A DNA stretch of 64,000 nt from assembly GCA_965240325.2 (NCBI GenBank), contig OZ251235.1:620001-684000 (forward strand), read 5' to 3'. The stretch comes from Rebecca billardiae RCC1528. Its lineage: Eukaryota > Protista > Haptophyta. The notes under the pieces are model-generated. The model saw nothing but the letters and a program-made list of their open reading frames with translations, was not told the origin of the DNA and searched no databases. The translations under genes were made by a program, and so were the position numbers. Positions 33,527 to 43,914 of the stretch are shown here, in pieces; position 1 is the stretch's first letter; the number at the start of each line of letters is the position of its first letter.

Positions 33527-35370
33527 ATGACGAGCACTGCGACAATCTTGGGCGGCGGCGCGAATGCGCTGGCACTCGCTGACATCCTGTCGCGCGCCGC
33601 CTCGCGCACGCCCGGCGGCGACGGGTCTGTCGCACTGTGGGTGCCCGACGACACGCACGACGCCGGGTCTCCCGACGCCGTCTCGGACGACCAGCCGCCC
33701 GTCTTGGAGTCCGAGCTGCCGGCTGCGGTGCACATCGAGCCTGATCTGCGTCGCGCCCTGGCCACCCCAAAGCTCGTCGTCCTCGCGCTCTCGCACCACT
33801 GGCTCGAGCGAGTGGCGCCTTTTGTCGCGGTGTGCGCACGCGCGCGCGTCTCGCCTCAGCGCAAGCGCGCTCGCGCGCGCGCGCGCGTGAGCGGCGGGCG
33901 TCGGCGTCGAACAGTCGCGCGCCGCACTACGCGCGTGGCGCACGCACGCAGGCGCTCATGCCCGAGGGCGCGCACGTGCTCATGCTCGGCGGCGGGCTCG
34001 ACGTGGTGCGCGGTGCGCCGCAGCTTCGCTCGGATTGGCTGAGCGGCCAGCTCGGCTCGCCGCGCGTGTCCGTGCTGGTGACGGCCGGGATGGGGACGGC
34101 CGTGACGCAGTCGCAGCTGGCGGACGTGACGATCGGCGCGCCCAACTACGAGGAGAGCGCCACCTGGCGCCGCGTCTTCAGCCCGCACCCCGCGCTGCGC
34201 GTGCACCTGCTGCCGTCGGTCGGACACGTCGAGCTGCTCGCGGACCTCTCGCACGTGGGCGCGCTCATCGTCGGGCTGGTGCGCGGCGCGGGGGCGGGCG
34301 GGAACACGCAGGCGGCGATGCTTCGGATCGGTACGCGCGCGGCGCGCGCGCCTGCGCGGAGGCCGTGCGCAGCGCGCGCGTCGTCTCGCGGCGCGGCGTG
34401 GCGCGCCGCGCCGCGCCGCGCGCTGGCGTCTGAGTGGGTGTCACGCCCCGCGCCGCCGCCGCCGCCGTTGCCGTGCCACCGTGCAGCGCTGGGCGAGATG
34501 AGCTCGCTGTGCGGCGTGCTCCTCGCCTCGCCCGCGCGCGCGCGCCGCGGCAGCGTGATCGCCGAGGGCGCGCTCGTCGCGCACACCACGCTCCTCAGCT
34601 CAGGCCTGCTCGCGGACATCATCGGCGGCAGCTGGGGCGGCGCCGAGGCGGCGGCGGCTGAGGAGTTTGCGCGAGAGCGCTCGCCCAAGTGGCGCGGCGC
34701 GGGGCCGCCGAGCACGTGGGAGGAGCTCGAGTGCCGCCACCTCGGCGGGCGGCGCTCGCGTGCCATCGTCCTCGTGCGCGCGCTCGCCTCGCTCGCGCGC
34801 GCGCGCGGCGCGGAGGCGCGCTTCCCCACGCTCTTCAGCGCATATGAGGTGGCCGTGCTCGGCCGGCCCGCGGAGACGCTCGTGCCGAGCGACGGGGCGG
34901 AGGAGGCGTGGCGCGCGCTGCGCGCGCGGCGCTGCGCGCACGCGACGGCGCGCGGCGCGTGCGCCGTCGCGATGGCCGCGCTCGTCGGCGTCGGCGTCTT
35001 CATCGGCCAGCGCGCGCTGATCGCGTACGCCCTTCCCCTCGAGCGCTTCCGAGCGGGCGCCGATCGGACGGTCGAGCTGAGCGCGAGCTTTGCCGCGGTG
35101 CTGTGCACGCACTCGTGCCTGCGCTGGGGGCTGTTCGGCCTGAGCCCGCCCTCGGCCGGGCCCGTGCTCAGGCTCGCGGCGGCGCTGGGCGGCGGCCTGT
35201 GGTGCGCCCACCGCACGAGCCTCGCCGTGAAGGAGCAGCTCGGCGCCGAGCCCGCGCTCGGCTGGGTGCTGCTCGCGCCGCTGTGGGCGGTGCTCACCTT
35301 CCGCTGGCTGGTCGAGCCGTACTCGCGCATGAAGGCGGTCGACTTCCTGCTGGCCTACGGCTCGCCGTGA
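33527..35370 (+). CDS. Divergent NAD-dependent glycerol-3-phosphate dehydrogenase-like protein with C-terminal multi-TM region; introns 33830-33951, 34331-34486
   Basis: TILGGGANALALA Rossmann start, VALWV, LPAAV...DL..AL...VVLAL, GGNTQAAMLRIALGEM, GLLADI and FPTLF, then about 4 hydrophobic helices. Confidence 0.65.
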
Positions 35371-35873
35371 GCGCGGCGGGTGCCGAGCGCGCAGGGCGCG
35401 CGCGCTCGCTGGCGCGTATTCACGGAGCAACGGGCTGCATGGCACCCACACGGCGCCGCGGACCACGACAGGCCGGACAAGCGCCCCAGGATGGCCCATC
35501 ACGCAAGCAGCCGCGCGGGCCAGGCGCAGCGGCCACCGGTCCAAGACGCACACGCACGCGTACAGTTTGTATTAGTAACATTCGGAAGAATTATTGTTCT
35601 ATAACCGCGTTCGGTTCTGGGGCGGTGGGTATAATTATTTATAATTATAATAACTTCGCCCACGGGTGTAGCTCACCCCCCTGACCGGCCGCCGTCTAGC
35701 TCCGGACTGCTGTCTGCTGGTGTGTCCCTGTCAGGACTCATCCGGACCTCCTTGGCAGCAAGGTCTCGTCAAAGATTTATTTCCGAACGGTCAGAAACTG
35801 CTTCGGTCGGCTGCAGTCGCGGTCGCTCGGGTCGCGGTCAGGCAGGCAAGATTACTACAGCAGTATTGCAGGG

Positions 35874-37640
35874 ATGGCCGCCGATGACCCGCCACGGCGC
35901 TTTGCGCTACTCCTCGTCGGACTGATCGGCTCTCTGCACAAGCGGGCCTCGAGAGGCGATCACCAGCGGTCGATTAAGAACGCTCCGTTCGAGGAGCTCG
36001 CCTCGCCTCGCATCATCCGGTACGCCACCATGACGCACCGCGCGCTCGTGCTCGATGCGAACGAGCCAGCCGGCGGCGTGGACGTGTTTGCACACTCGTG
36101 GAACCCGCTCGCTGGCGCGTTCCTGGACGCGCAGTTCGGGGATCGGATGCGACTCTCTGCGCACGAGCCCATCGAGCACCACACGAGCGGTCGCTCGCAC
36201 GCCCTCTCCGTAGGGAGGGGCGGCCAGCTCGTGCGCGCGTTTGAGCGCATGCACAACCATTCTTACGAAACGGTGCTCGTGCTCCGGACCGACCTGTTCC
36301 TCACGCGCGCGGTGGACCTGCGCGAGGTCGTCGCGACGGCGTCAGATGGGGGCGAGCTGCTCTGGTTTGCCAGCAAGTGCTGCACCAGCCCGCCCAACTC
36401 GAGCGCAGAAGCCGCCAGCCTCGCGCAGCAGTGCGGCGCACAAGCTGCGGCGGCGCAGGCGGCTGCAGACCGCCGATCGCCGCCACAGTTCGAATCGAGC
36501 ACGGCCGCGTCGCAGCACCAACGCGCCGTGGGCCTGTTCAAGCACGGGTGCTCCGGTGCGTATTACGCTGGCACGGCCCGGCCGCCGCCGCTCGACGTGG
36601 CCTACTTCCTGCCGGACTGGTGGCTCGCTGCGCGCGCACACACGGTGGCCTCGTGGACGAGCCTTGCCGAGCAGTGGGAGGCGTACAGCTGCGCGCTGCA
36701 GCAGCTGATGCGGCACACGGGCCCGTCGAGCGGTTGGTCGCACTTCCGCTGGCCGGTGCACGTGCATGACGCGCTCGGGCTGACCGGCCGCATGCGCTTC
36801 ACGCGCGCCGTGTCCGGCACGATGGCCCGCACCGCCTTCACCGAGGGCTGGCTTCCTCCGGAGGAGCTGCCGGCCGAGTGCGCCGCCGCATTCGGCACGG
36901 CGCGCGCGAGGCGGGGGCGCGGAGGCGGGGGCGACGTGGGCGCCGAGCTGGACGACGTGCTCGAGCTGCGGAGCACGGCACCCGATGGGCATGCCCAGCT
37001 CGCGCGCCACCGCGCCCGCGACCTCGAGCTCGCCCCCGTTGACGTGCGCGCGCCACAGGCCGACCAGGTGCTCGCGCATATGGGGCTCGACCGACGGTTC
37101 GCGGCGATGGCGCGCGCGTGCCCCTGGACTGAGCTCTCCGTGCGCCGCTCGCTCGGTGGAGCGCACGCGCCGCTGGCGCACTGCGCGGAGGGCATGCAGC
37201 CGGTAGGGCTCGTGCTCGGGACCATCTCGCGAGCGTGCGCGCTGCCCGCACCTGCCCGCGAGGGGCCGCACGGAGGTCGGTACATCAGGCCCGAGCTGCG
37301 CCAGTTCCTGGGAAAGTTCCAGGACGGTCTGCCGCGCGCGTGGCGGCGCAGCGTGGATCAGGCGCAGCGCTCCGTGGCGGGCGAGCGCGGGCGGCATGTG
37401 CGTGTGGCGTTGGCCGCCGCTCGCAGAGCACTGCTCCAGCCAGGCGGAGGCGCTCATCGCTCCGCCACATTCACATCGTCGGCGGTTGGCGGTCTGGACG
37501 CTGAGCTCAGCGGCCTCGAGACAGCTGCCGAGGCGATCGCGGCCGAGATGTACAGCGAGATGCAGCTGCATCTGAGAGGGCTCAAGGCGGCCGCTCCCAG
37601 CTGCGGTACAATCGGCGTGGAGGCGCCATCATCGCTGTAA
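35874..37640 (+). CDS. Hypothetical protein, possibly glycosyltransferase-like
   Basis: 588-aa ORF. ALLLVG...DVFAHSW...YETVLVLRTDL pattern resembles algal/viral GT-A-like proteins. Confidence 0.5.
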   Translation: MAADDPPRRFALLLVGLIGSLHKRASRGDHQRSIKNAPFEELASPRIIRYATMTHRALVLDANEPAGGVDVFAHSWNPLAGAFLDAQFGDRMRLSAHEPIEHHTSGRSHALSVGRGGQLVRAFERMHNHSYETVLVLRTDLFLTRAVDLREVVATASDGGELLWFASKCCTSPPNSSAEAASLAQQCGAQAAAAQAAADRRSPPQFESSTAASQHQRAVGLFKHGCSGAYYAGTARPPPLDVAYFLPDWWLAARAHTVASWTSLAEQWEAYSCALQQLMRHTGPSSGWSHFRWPVHVHDALGLTGRMRFTRAVSGTMARTAFTEGWLPPEELPAECAAAFGTARARRGRGGGGDVGAELDDVLELRSTAPDGHAQLARHRARDLELAPVDVRAPQADQVLAHMGLDRRFAAMARACPWTELSVRRSLGGAHAPLAHCAEGMQPVGLVLGTISRACALPAPAREGPHGGRYIRPELRQFLGKFQDGLPRAWRRSVDQAQRSVAGERGRHVRVALAAARRALLQPGGGAHRSATFTSSAVGGLDAELSGLETAAEAIAAEMYSEMQLHLRGLKAAAPSCGTIGVEAPSSL

Positions 37641-38069
37641 GCGCCGCGCCCACGCGGCAGCCGGCGTGGATGTCGGGGCGGCCGCGCCGCGGCCCCGCAC
37701 TCCGTCGGTCCGTGCAGTCGCGGCCGACTCGGCACTAGCCAGGCAGGCCTGGCACGACTCACCACGCGCCGACCGACGCGCAGCTCGGCTGCTGCCCGAA
37801 TGGCGACGATAGTTTGACGCACACTCACTGACACGGTGCTCAGGCAAATAGGCAATGGCAATCAGTCGGGCTCGGCTCGTCCAGAGTCTCGGAGTCATCG
37901 TATTCGTAGCCTGCGGCTGCAGCTGCAGGCGCCCCCCCGCCTCCGCTCACAGTGTCACGAACTACAATTGTACAGACCGCCAGTACCATAAAAGTCTTCT
38001 CGATCAGGACCGTCCAACTTGGTCCAAGCAAGCGCCGTTCTTGGGCGCTTCACGACGTCGGACGCGAGC

Positions 38070-40652
38070 ATGGGCGGCGCTTGCTGCTCGCAGGCTCGCG
38101 ACGACGCCACGCGTGCGGGGACGGCTGCTGTCACGCAGCCAGCTGACGAGGAGGCTGCTAGTAGCGCTTCCCAGGCGCGTTCCGCGGCAGAGCCGTCCTC
38201 GCCGCCCGCCGAGCGCAGCACGACGCCCGCGGCGGGCGCACAGCCGACTGGAGCGGCAGCCACAGGCCCGCCGTCGGCCGCGGAGCCATCGGCGTCGCCC
38301 GCCGCGCGGCCGCCAGAGCAGGCGACTGGCGCAGCGCGAAACGATGGCGCGGAGACGTCGCGCCCGCCGCACCCGCTGATCAAGGCGTGCACCGACTTGG
38401 AGCAAATGGGCATCCCGCGCGCGCGGCTGCGCGCGTACTGCACGCATGTCCCACCTCCAAGCTCGGCGCGCTGGGGTGCGGAGTGGGGCAAGTGGGTGGA
38501 CGGCGTGGCGACCGCCGCGCCCGACGCGCTGCGGACCGACGTGCCCGCGCAGCCGCCGCCTGGCGCGCCCGACGCCGCGTGGCTGGCGTGGTACGACGCA
38601 TTCATGCCGCCGCCACCGCCGCCGCGGCCGCCTCCAGGCTCAGTCGGCGCGGGCGCGGCGCACGGTGGCGACAGCGGCGACGCGGGCTGCACGATCGGCG
38701 AGACTGCGCTGCGCGGCATCACGCTGCGGCAGCTCGAGGCGCTGTACGCGCGCGCGTGCGCGCTCTGCGCCTCGCACCGCTGGACCTCCACCGCGCCCGG
38801 CCGGTCGGACGTGCCCCTGGCGCCAGGCAGCATCACTCTGTACGACCTCAACCGCTACCTGCTGCTGCCGGAGACGGAGGCGCGCGACTGCGCGATGGTC
38901 GAGCTGATCGCGGCGCGGGCGCAGCCGCCGCAGTGGTTCGCGTCGCACTGGTGGGGCGAGCCGGTGGGCGACTTCATCGAGTGCCTCCGCCGCCACGCGT
39001 ACGACCGCGGCCTGAGCGCGGACACGTCGTACTGGGTGTGCGCGTACGCGAACAGGCAGCACAGCATCGGCGGCGAGCTCGGCGGCGGCGTCGAGTCTTC
39101 GCCGTTCGTGCGCGCGCTGCACCTCGCGGACGGGATGGTGAGCATCGTGGACGGCGGCGGCGCGATCTTCACGCGCGTGTGGTGCGCGTACGAGACGCAC
39201 GTCTCCGTGATCGAGCGCGGCGCCGCCTTCCTGCACGACATCTACACCGCCGCCGTCCCCGCCGGCGCCGTGGACGCCAAGGGCGCGGCCGTGCGCGCGG
39301 TGGGCTACGTCGACGGCTTCGCCGTGGACGACGCGCCCGACGGCGAGGGGTACGACTTCCTCAAGGCGCAGCGCGAGAAGGCGTTCCCCCGCGAGCTGAT
39401 CGAGCGCGCCTCCGGCTTCGAGCTCGCCAACGCCGACGCCTCCGTCCAGTCGGACAAGGAGGCGATCCTCGCCGCGGTCGGCGCCGCCTCGGACGCGGTC
39501 GACGCGACGGTGCGCACGCGGTACGCGCAGGGGCTACTGCCCTTCCTGCTCCGCCGCGGGCCGCACTTCGCGCAGATGGACGCGTTCTGCGCGACGCTCG
39601 CGCGCGCGCGCGTGCGCAAGCTCTCCGCCTACTGCGACCAAGAGCCCTCCGACGCCGCGCTCGAGAAGCTCGTCGCGGCGCTGCCGCCCACCGTGGAGCG
39701 CGTCGCGGTCGTGAGCCACGGGCCTGCGGGCACGGCCGGGCTGGGCGCGCGCGTCGCGGCGGGGCAGCTGCGCGAGCTCGTGCTCACGCACTGCAAGCTG
39801 CGCAAGGCGGACGTGGAGGCGCTCGCCGACGCCGCGTGCCACCCCGGCTCGCGCCTCCACACGCTGTGCCTTCGGTACAACGAGTGGCGCTCCCACCCGG
39901 CGCCGCGCATCGGCGCGGAGATGGGGCGCGTGCTCGGCAGCGCGACCGCGCCCGGCGCGCTGCGCGTGCTCAGGCTGTGGGCGAACGAGCTGGGCGACGA
40001 GGGCGTGGGCGCGCTCGCAGCCGGCCTGCGCGGCAACGCCGCCCTGGAGGAGCTCGACGTCTCCGCCAACGACGTGCAGCTCGACGGCGCGCGCGCGCTC
40101 GGCGCGGCGCTCGCCCTCAACCGCCGGCTCCAGACCCTGAACCTGATCTCGAACAATCTCGGGGACAAGGGCGCGGCCGCGCTCGCGGAGGGCGTGGGCG
40201 GGAACGGCGCGCTGCGCACGCTGCTGCTCGCGGACAACCGGCTCGGGGACCGCGGCGCGCGCGCGTGCGCCGAGATGCTCTCGCACAACCGCGCGCTCAC
40301 CGAGCTCGACCTCTCGAAGAACGAGGAGCTCGGAGCGGCCGGCGTGCGCGCGCTCAGCGCCGTGCTGGGCGGCGCCACCGCCGCGCCTCCGCCCGCGCGC
40401 GGCGCCGACGAGCAGTCGCGCGGCGGGGGCGGAGGCACGGACGGGGAGGACGGCGGGCAGCTTCGCGCGCAGGATGGCGCCGCGCACGCGCCGGCTGGCG
40501 ACGCGAGTGGCCGCGCGAATCGCACGCTGCGCACGCTGCGGTTGACCGGCATCGCGACGACGGCGGCGGCGGCGGCGGCGAGCGCGGAGCTGTTGGAGCA
40601 CTGGCAGCGCAGCGGCAGGGAGCGCGCACGACTCGGCCTGTCGTCGTCCTGA
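38070..40652 (+). CDS. Lipidation-motif (MGxxCCS) HET-like domain + RI-type leucine-rich repeat protein
   Basis: MGGACCS N-terminus. RGITLRQL, WFASHWWGEPV, YWVCAYANRQH and FTRVWCAYE, then 28-aa LRRs (LxLxxNxLGDxGAxALA). Confidence 0.85.
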   Translation: MGGACCSQARDDATRAGTAAVTQPADEEAASSASQARSAAEPSSPPAERSTTPAAGAQPTGAAATGPPSAAEPSASPAARPPEQATGAARNDGAETSRPPHPLIKACTDLEQMGIPRARLRAYCTHVPPPSSARWGAEWGKWVDGVATAAPDALRTDVPAQPPPGAPDAAWLAWYDAFMPPPPPPRPPPGSVGAGAAHGGDSGDAGCTIGETALRGITLRQLEALYARACALCASHRWTSTAPGRSDVPLAPGSITLYDLNRYLLLPETEARDCAMVELIAARAQPPQWFASHWWGEPVGDFIECLRRHAYDRGLSADTSYWVCAYANRQHSIGGELGGGVESSPFVRALHLADGMVSIVDGGGAIFTRVWCAYETHVSVIERGAAFLHDIYTAAVPAGAVDAKGAAVRAVGYVDGFAVDDAPDGEGYDFLKAQREKAFPRELIERASGFELANADASVQSDKEAILAAVGAASDAVDATVRTRYAQGLLPFLLRRGPHFAQMDAFCATLARARVRKLSAYCDQEPSDAALEKLVAALPPTVERVAVVSHGPAGTAGLGARVAAGQLRELVLTHCKLRKADVEALADAACHPGSRLHTLCLRYNEWRSHPAPRIGAEMGRVLGSATAPGALRVLRLWANELGDEGVGALAAGLRGNAALEELDVSANDVQLDGARALGAALALNRRLQTLNLISNNLGDKGAAALAEGVGGNGALRTLLLADNRLGDRGARACAEMLSHNRALTELDLSKNEELGAAGVRALSAVLGGATAAPPPARGADEQSRGGGGGTDGEDGGQLRAQDGAAHAPAGDASGRANRTLRTLRLTGIATTAAAAAASAELLEHWQRSGRERARLGLSSS

Positions 40653-40974
40653 GTGTCGCCTACGACGACGAGGCGGACACATCGGCGCTGCCGCGTGCCA
40701 TGGCCACTGCGGGTAGGGTGTTGGTGTTCCGCACCCACGGTCAACGGACGGACGGCTGGCGAGCGGCGCATCATGCGGATTCATCATCATCGTAGGAATC
40801 GGGTCGATCGACGAAGAACTGCATGTATCATAAAAGCTCGGATCCGATTATTCGATCGCCGATCCGACCGGGGAGACGATTCCCCGGAGCGACCGGTCCG
40901 CCTAAACGACCAGTCCCCACGGCCCTTGCAGTCCCTCCGCCACGTCACGCCACCCGCTGCCGTCGTCCTCGCCC

Positions 40975-43284
40975 ATGACAGACAACAACGGCACGAACGA
41001 CTGGGTGAGTTTGCCATCCGCGCCCCTCGCCGCATTCCTCGCGGGCCTCGACCTCGACGCGGACGCCTTCATGCACGCGACCGGCGTGCACACCCTCGAA
41101 GACGTGGCCGGCCTCAACGACTCTGATCTTGAGCGCGCCGCGCAGTCGTTCGAGCCGAAGCTGGACCTCAGCAAGCTTCGCGACGGGCTGGCGCGACTGC
41201 GTGCGAGCCTGGGCAAGCCAGCCCAAGCGGCGCAGAACTCCCCGGATTCGGCTTCGAACCTCGGCGATGGCAAACCCACCGTCGGGGCCACCTCTACCAC
41301 CACGCCGGTCGCCGAGGCCACGCCCGCGCCCGAGGCCGCGCCCGCCCTCGAGGAGGCAAAGCCTCTCGAGGAGGTGACCGCCATCGCGATCGACCGCAGC
41401 GGCTCAATGCGCTCCCCGCTCAGCACCGATCGCACGCGGATGGAGGCCGTCAAGCAGATGTTCTACGCGTTCCGCGACCGCGTCGACTCGCTCGAGTGCG
41501 ACGGCGGCGGCCGCGCACTCGGCTTGCTGCAGTTCGATCACGAGGCCGAGGTGCTGCTGCCGCCCACGACGGACCTCGACTCCTTCGAGGCGAGCGTGGA
41601 CCATATGAAGGAGCGCGGGCAGACCGCGATCTACTCCGCGATCACCGCCGCAGTGCGCACGCTGCAGCCCGCATTCGAAGCGAGCGCGAGCACCGACCTG
41701 CGGATCGTCGCGCTCACCGACGGCCAGAACAACTCCGGGGAGTCGTGGGAGTCCGCGGCGAGGGCGGCGCGGCGTATCGGCGCCGTCGTCGACGCAATAA
41801 TCGTTGGCAGCTCCCCCGACTCGGGGCTGCGCAAGATCGTCACGGCCACCGGCGGGCAGTGCTTCCACATCGCCTCGCTGTCCGCCGGGTTTGAGCTCCT
41901 TGCGGCGGAGGCGGTCGTCTCGCTGCGTGCGCGGCGCGGCGGGCGCGACAAGCCGCCGCTCGCGCTCGAGGGCGCCGAGGACAGCCTCGACGGCGTGGAA
42001 CTGGCCACGTTGAACGCCTCGACGTCCGTGCCGCGTGCGCCGGCGCTGGCACCGGCGCAGGCGGCATCCAAGGCGACAAGCGTGCACGCGGCCGTGCGCA
42101 GCGCGGCCACCCACCGGGGGGCGACACGGCGCGCGGGCTGCGGCGCCGCCGCCGGTGACGGTGCGGCTCGCGCGCTGGAGGAGGGCGCGCTCGCCGAGGT
42201 GCGTGAGGCGTTCAGCCTTCACGCCACCGGCGGCGCTGCTGGCGAGCTCGCGCGCGAGCAGCTCGGCGACGTGCTGCGTGCGCTGGGCGTGCCGGCAGCT
42301 TCGGAGCAGCAGCTGAGCAGCATGCACGCCGAGGCACGCGCCGCGTCGCTGCCCTCCAGCGGCGTCACGCTGGCCGGACTCGTCACTGTGCTCTCGAAGC
42401 GCATGCTCGACACGGACAGCGAGGAAGAGGTTCTCGCTGCGTTCAAGGCGCTCGACACGGACGGCACCGGCAGGCTCACGCACGCGCAGATGCGGCACGT
42501 GATGAGCTCGCTGGGCGAGGCCGTGACTGACGCCGAGGTCAGCGAGATGTTGCGCTGCGCCGACTGCGACGCCGACGGGATCGCGGACGACGGCAGCGTG
42601 GACTACAAGGAGTTCGTGCAGATGATGCTGGAGGACAAGGCGGCGCCGCCGCCGAACGCCGGCCTCGGCCTGGTCAGCGGCGGCGGCGGCGGCGGCGGTG
42701 CTGCTGGCGGTGGGGGCGGCGGTGGCGGCGGCACCGCCATCACCAACCCGTCCGCACCTCCAGCGCCGTGCCTCCGGCGCGTGCTCAAGGAGCTACGCGA
42801 CCTCGCGGCGGGCTCGCAGCGCGTGTGGATGCACTCGGGCGAGGGCTGCCACATCTTCCCCACCGAGGGCAACCTCTGCCTCTGGCGCGTGCTCATCGAA
42901 GGCCCCGAGGGCACGCCGTTCGCCGGCGGCGTGTTCGCGGCGCACGTGACGATCCCGGAGGCGTACCCGTTCCGCCCGCCCAAGATCGTGCTGGACACGC
43001 CCATCTTCCACCCGAACGTGTCGGACAGCGGCGGGCTCTGCCTTGACATCCTGCGCGACGCGTGGACGCCGTCGCTCACCGTGCCCAAGTGCGTCGAGGC
43101 CGTGCGCCAGCTGATGCGCGACCCCAACCCGAACGATGCCATGCGCCACTCGATCGCAGAGCTCATGCTCGCGCACCTCAAGCACGGCGACGCCGACACG
43201 CGCTTCGTCGACCGGGCGCGCGAGGAGACGGCCAAGCACGCGTCGCGCAGCGTGGAGGAGTGGCGCGCCGCGTGGGGCTGCTGA
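40975..43284 (+). CDS. SAM-like + VWA + calmodulin-like EF-hand + ubiquitin-conjugating (E2) fusion protein
   Basis: VWA: IDRSGSM, GQTAIYSAI, LTDGQNN. CaM-like: TDSEEEVLAAFKALDTDGTGRL...LGEAVTDAEVSEML...VDYKEFVQMM. UBC: GPEGTPFAGGVF, YPFRPPK, FHPNVSDSGGLCLDIL. Single uninterrupted ORF. Confidence 0.92.
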   Translation: MTDNNGTNDWVSLPSAPLAAFLAGLDLDADAFMHATGVHTLEDVAGLNDSDLERAAQSFEPKLDLSKLRDGLARLRASLGKPAQAAQNSPDSASNLGDGKPTVGATSTTTPVAEATPAPEAAPALEEAKPLEEVTAIAIDRSGSMRSPLSTDRTRMEAVKQMFYAFRDRVDSLECDGGGRALGLLQFDHEAEVLLPPTTDLDSFEASVDHMKERGQTAIYSAITAAVRTLQPAFEASASTDLRIVALTDGQNNSGESWESAARAARRIGAVVDAIIVGSSPDSGLRKIVTATGGQCFHIASLSAGFELLAAEAVVSLRARRGGRDKPPLALEGAEDSLDGVELATLNASTSVPRAPALAPAQAASKATSVHAAVRSAATHRGATRRAGCGAAAGDGAARALEEGALAEVREAFSLHATGGAAGELAREQLGDVLRALGVPAASEQQLSSMHAEARAASLPSSGVTLAGLVTVLSKRMLDTDSEEEVLAAFKALDTDGTGRLTHAQMRHVMSSLGEAVTDAEVSEMLRCADCDADGIADDGSVDYKEFVQMMLEDKAAPPPNAGLGLVSGGGGGGGAAGGGGGGGGGTAITNPSAPPAPCLRRVLKELRDLAAGSQRVWMHSGEGCHIFPTEGNLCLWRVLIEGPEGTPFAGGVFAAHVTIPEAYPFRPPKIVLDTPIFHPNVSDSGGLCLDILRDAWTPSLTVPKCVEAVRQLMRDPNPNDAMRHSIAELMLAHLKHGDADTRFVDRAREETAKHASRSVEEWRAAWGC

Positions 43285-43914
43285 GGCTGAGGCTGTGCGC
43301 CACGTGCCAAGGCTGCGCGCAGCATTGCGCACGACACTTCTTTGCAGCTAGCGCCGCTGATGTACGTACGCGCAATAATGTATGACGACGCGACGACGAC
43401 TGACGTCTGACGCGACGAGACATATCGTCAATAATGACTACGACGACGACAGCAGTAGTGTGATGATGATGAGTGATGATATGAAGAATAACGTAGTACG
43501 ACTACAGCTAGCGCAGCAGACGATGATATGGTAGTAATATGCTGGCGGGCCGGCGCGCATGCATATCATATGATCAGTCCAGCAGGCTGCAGGCGGCGCC
43601 GCGCGGCGGCCCGCATCAGCCTGCTAATACCATATCATCGTCATGCTAGCGCTGATGAGCGGACGACGACTATACTACACTGATGTCACTGAGCGCCTGG
43701 CGGCTGCTCATTATCAGCGCGCACTGACTGATGTCGTCAGTGTCATCGATCACTGCGGCACCTGACACTGGCAGTGCCGCCGCGCGTACTCACGGACACG
43801 GTGCCAACGGTCACTGGTGCGCGCGGCTTACTATACTAACACGTGCGTTATACGGCGCGCTGTACTAGCTGCCGGTATACGTACGTACGACATATGACAG
43901 CTACTAGTACGGTG

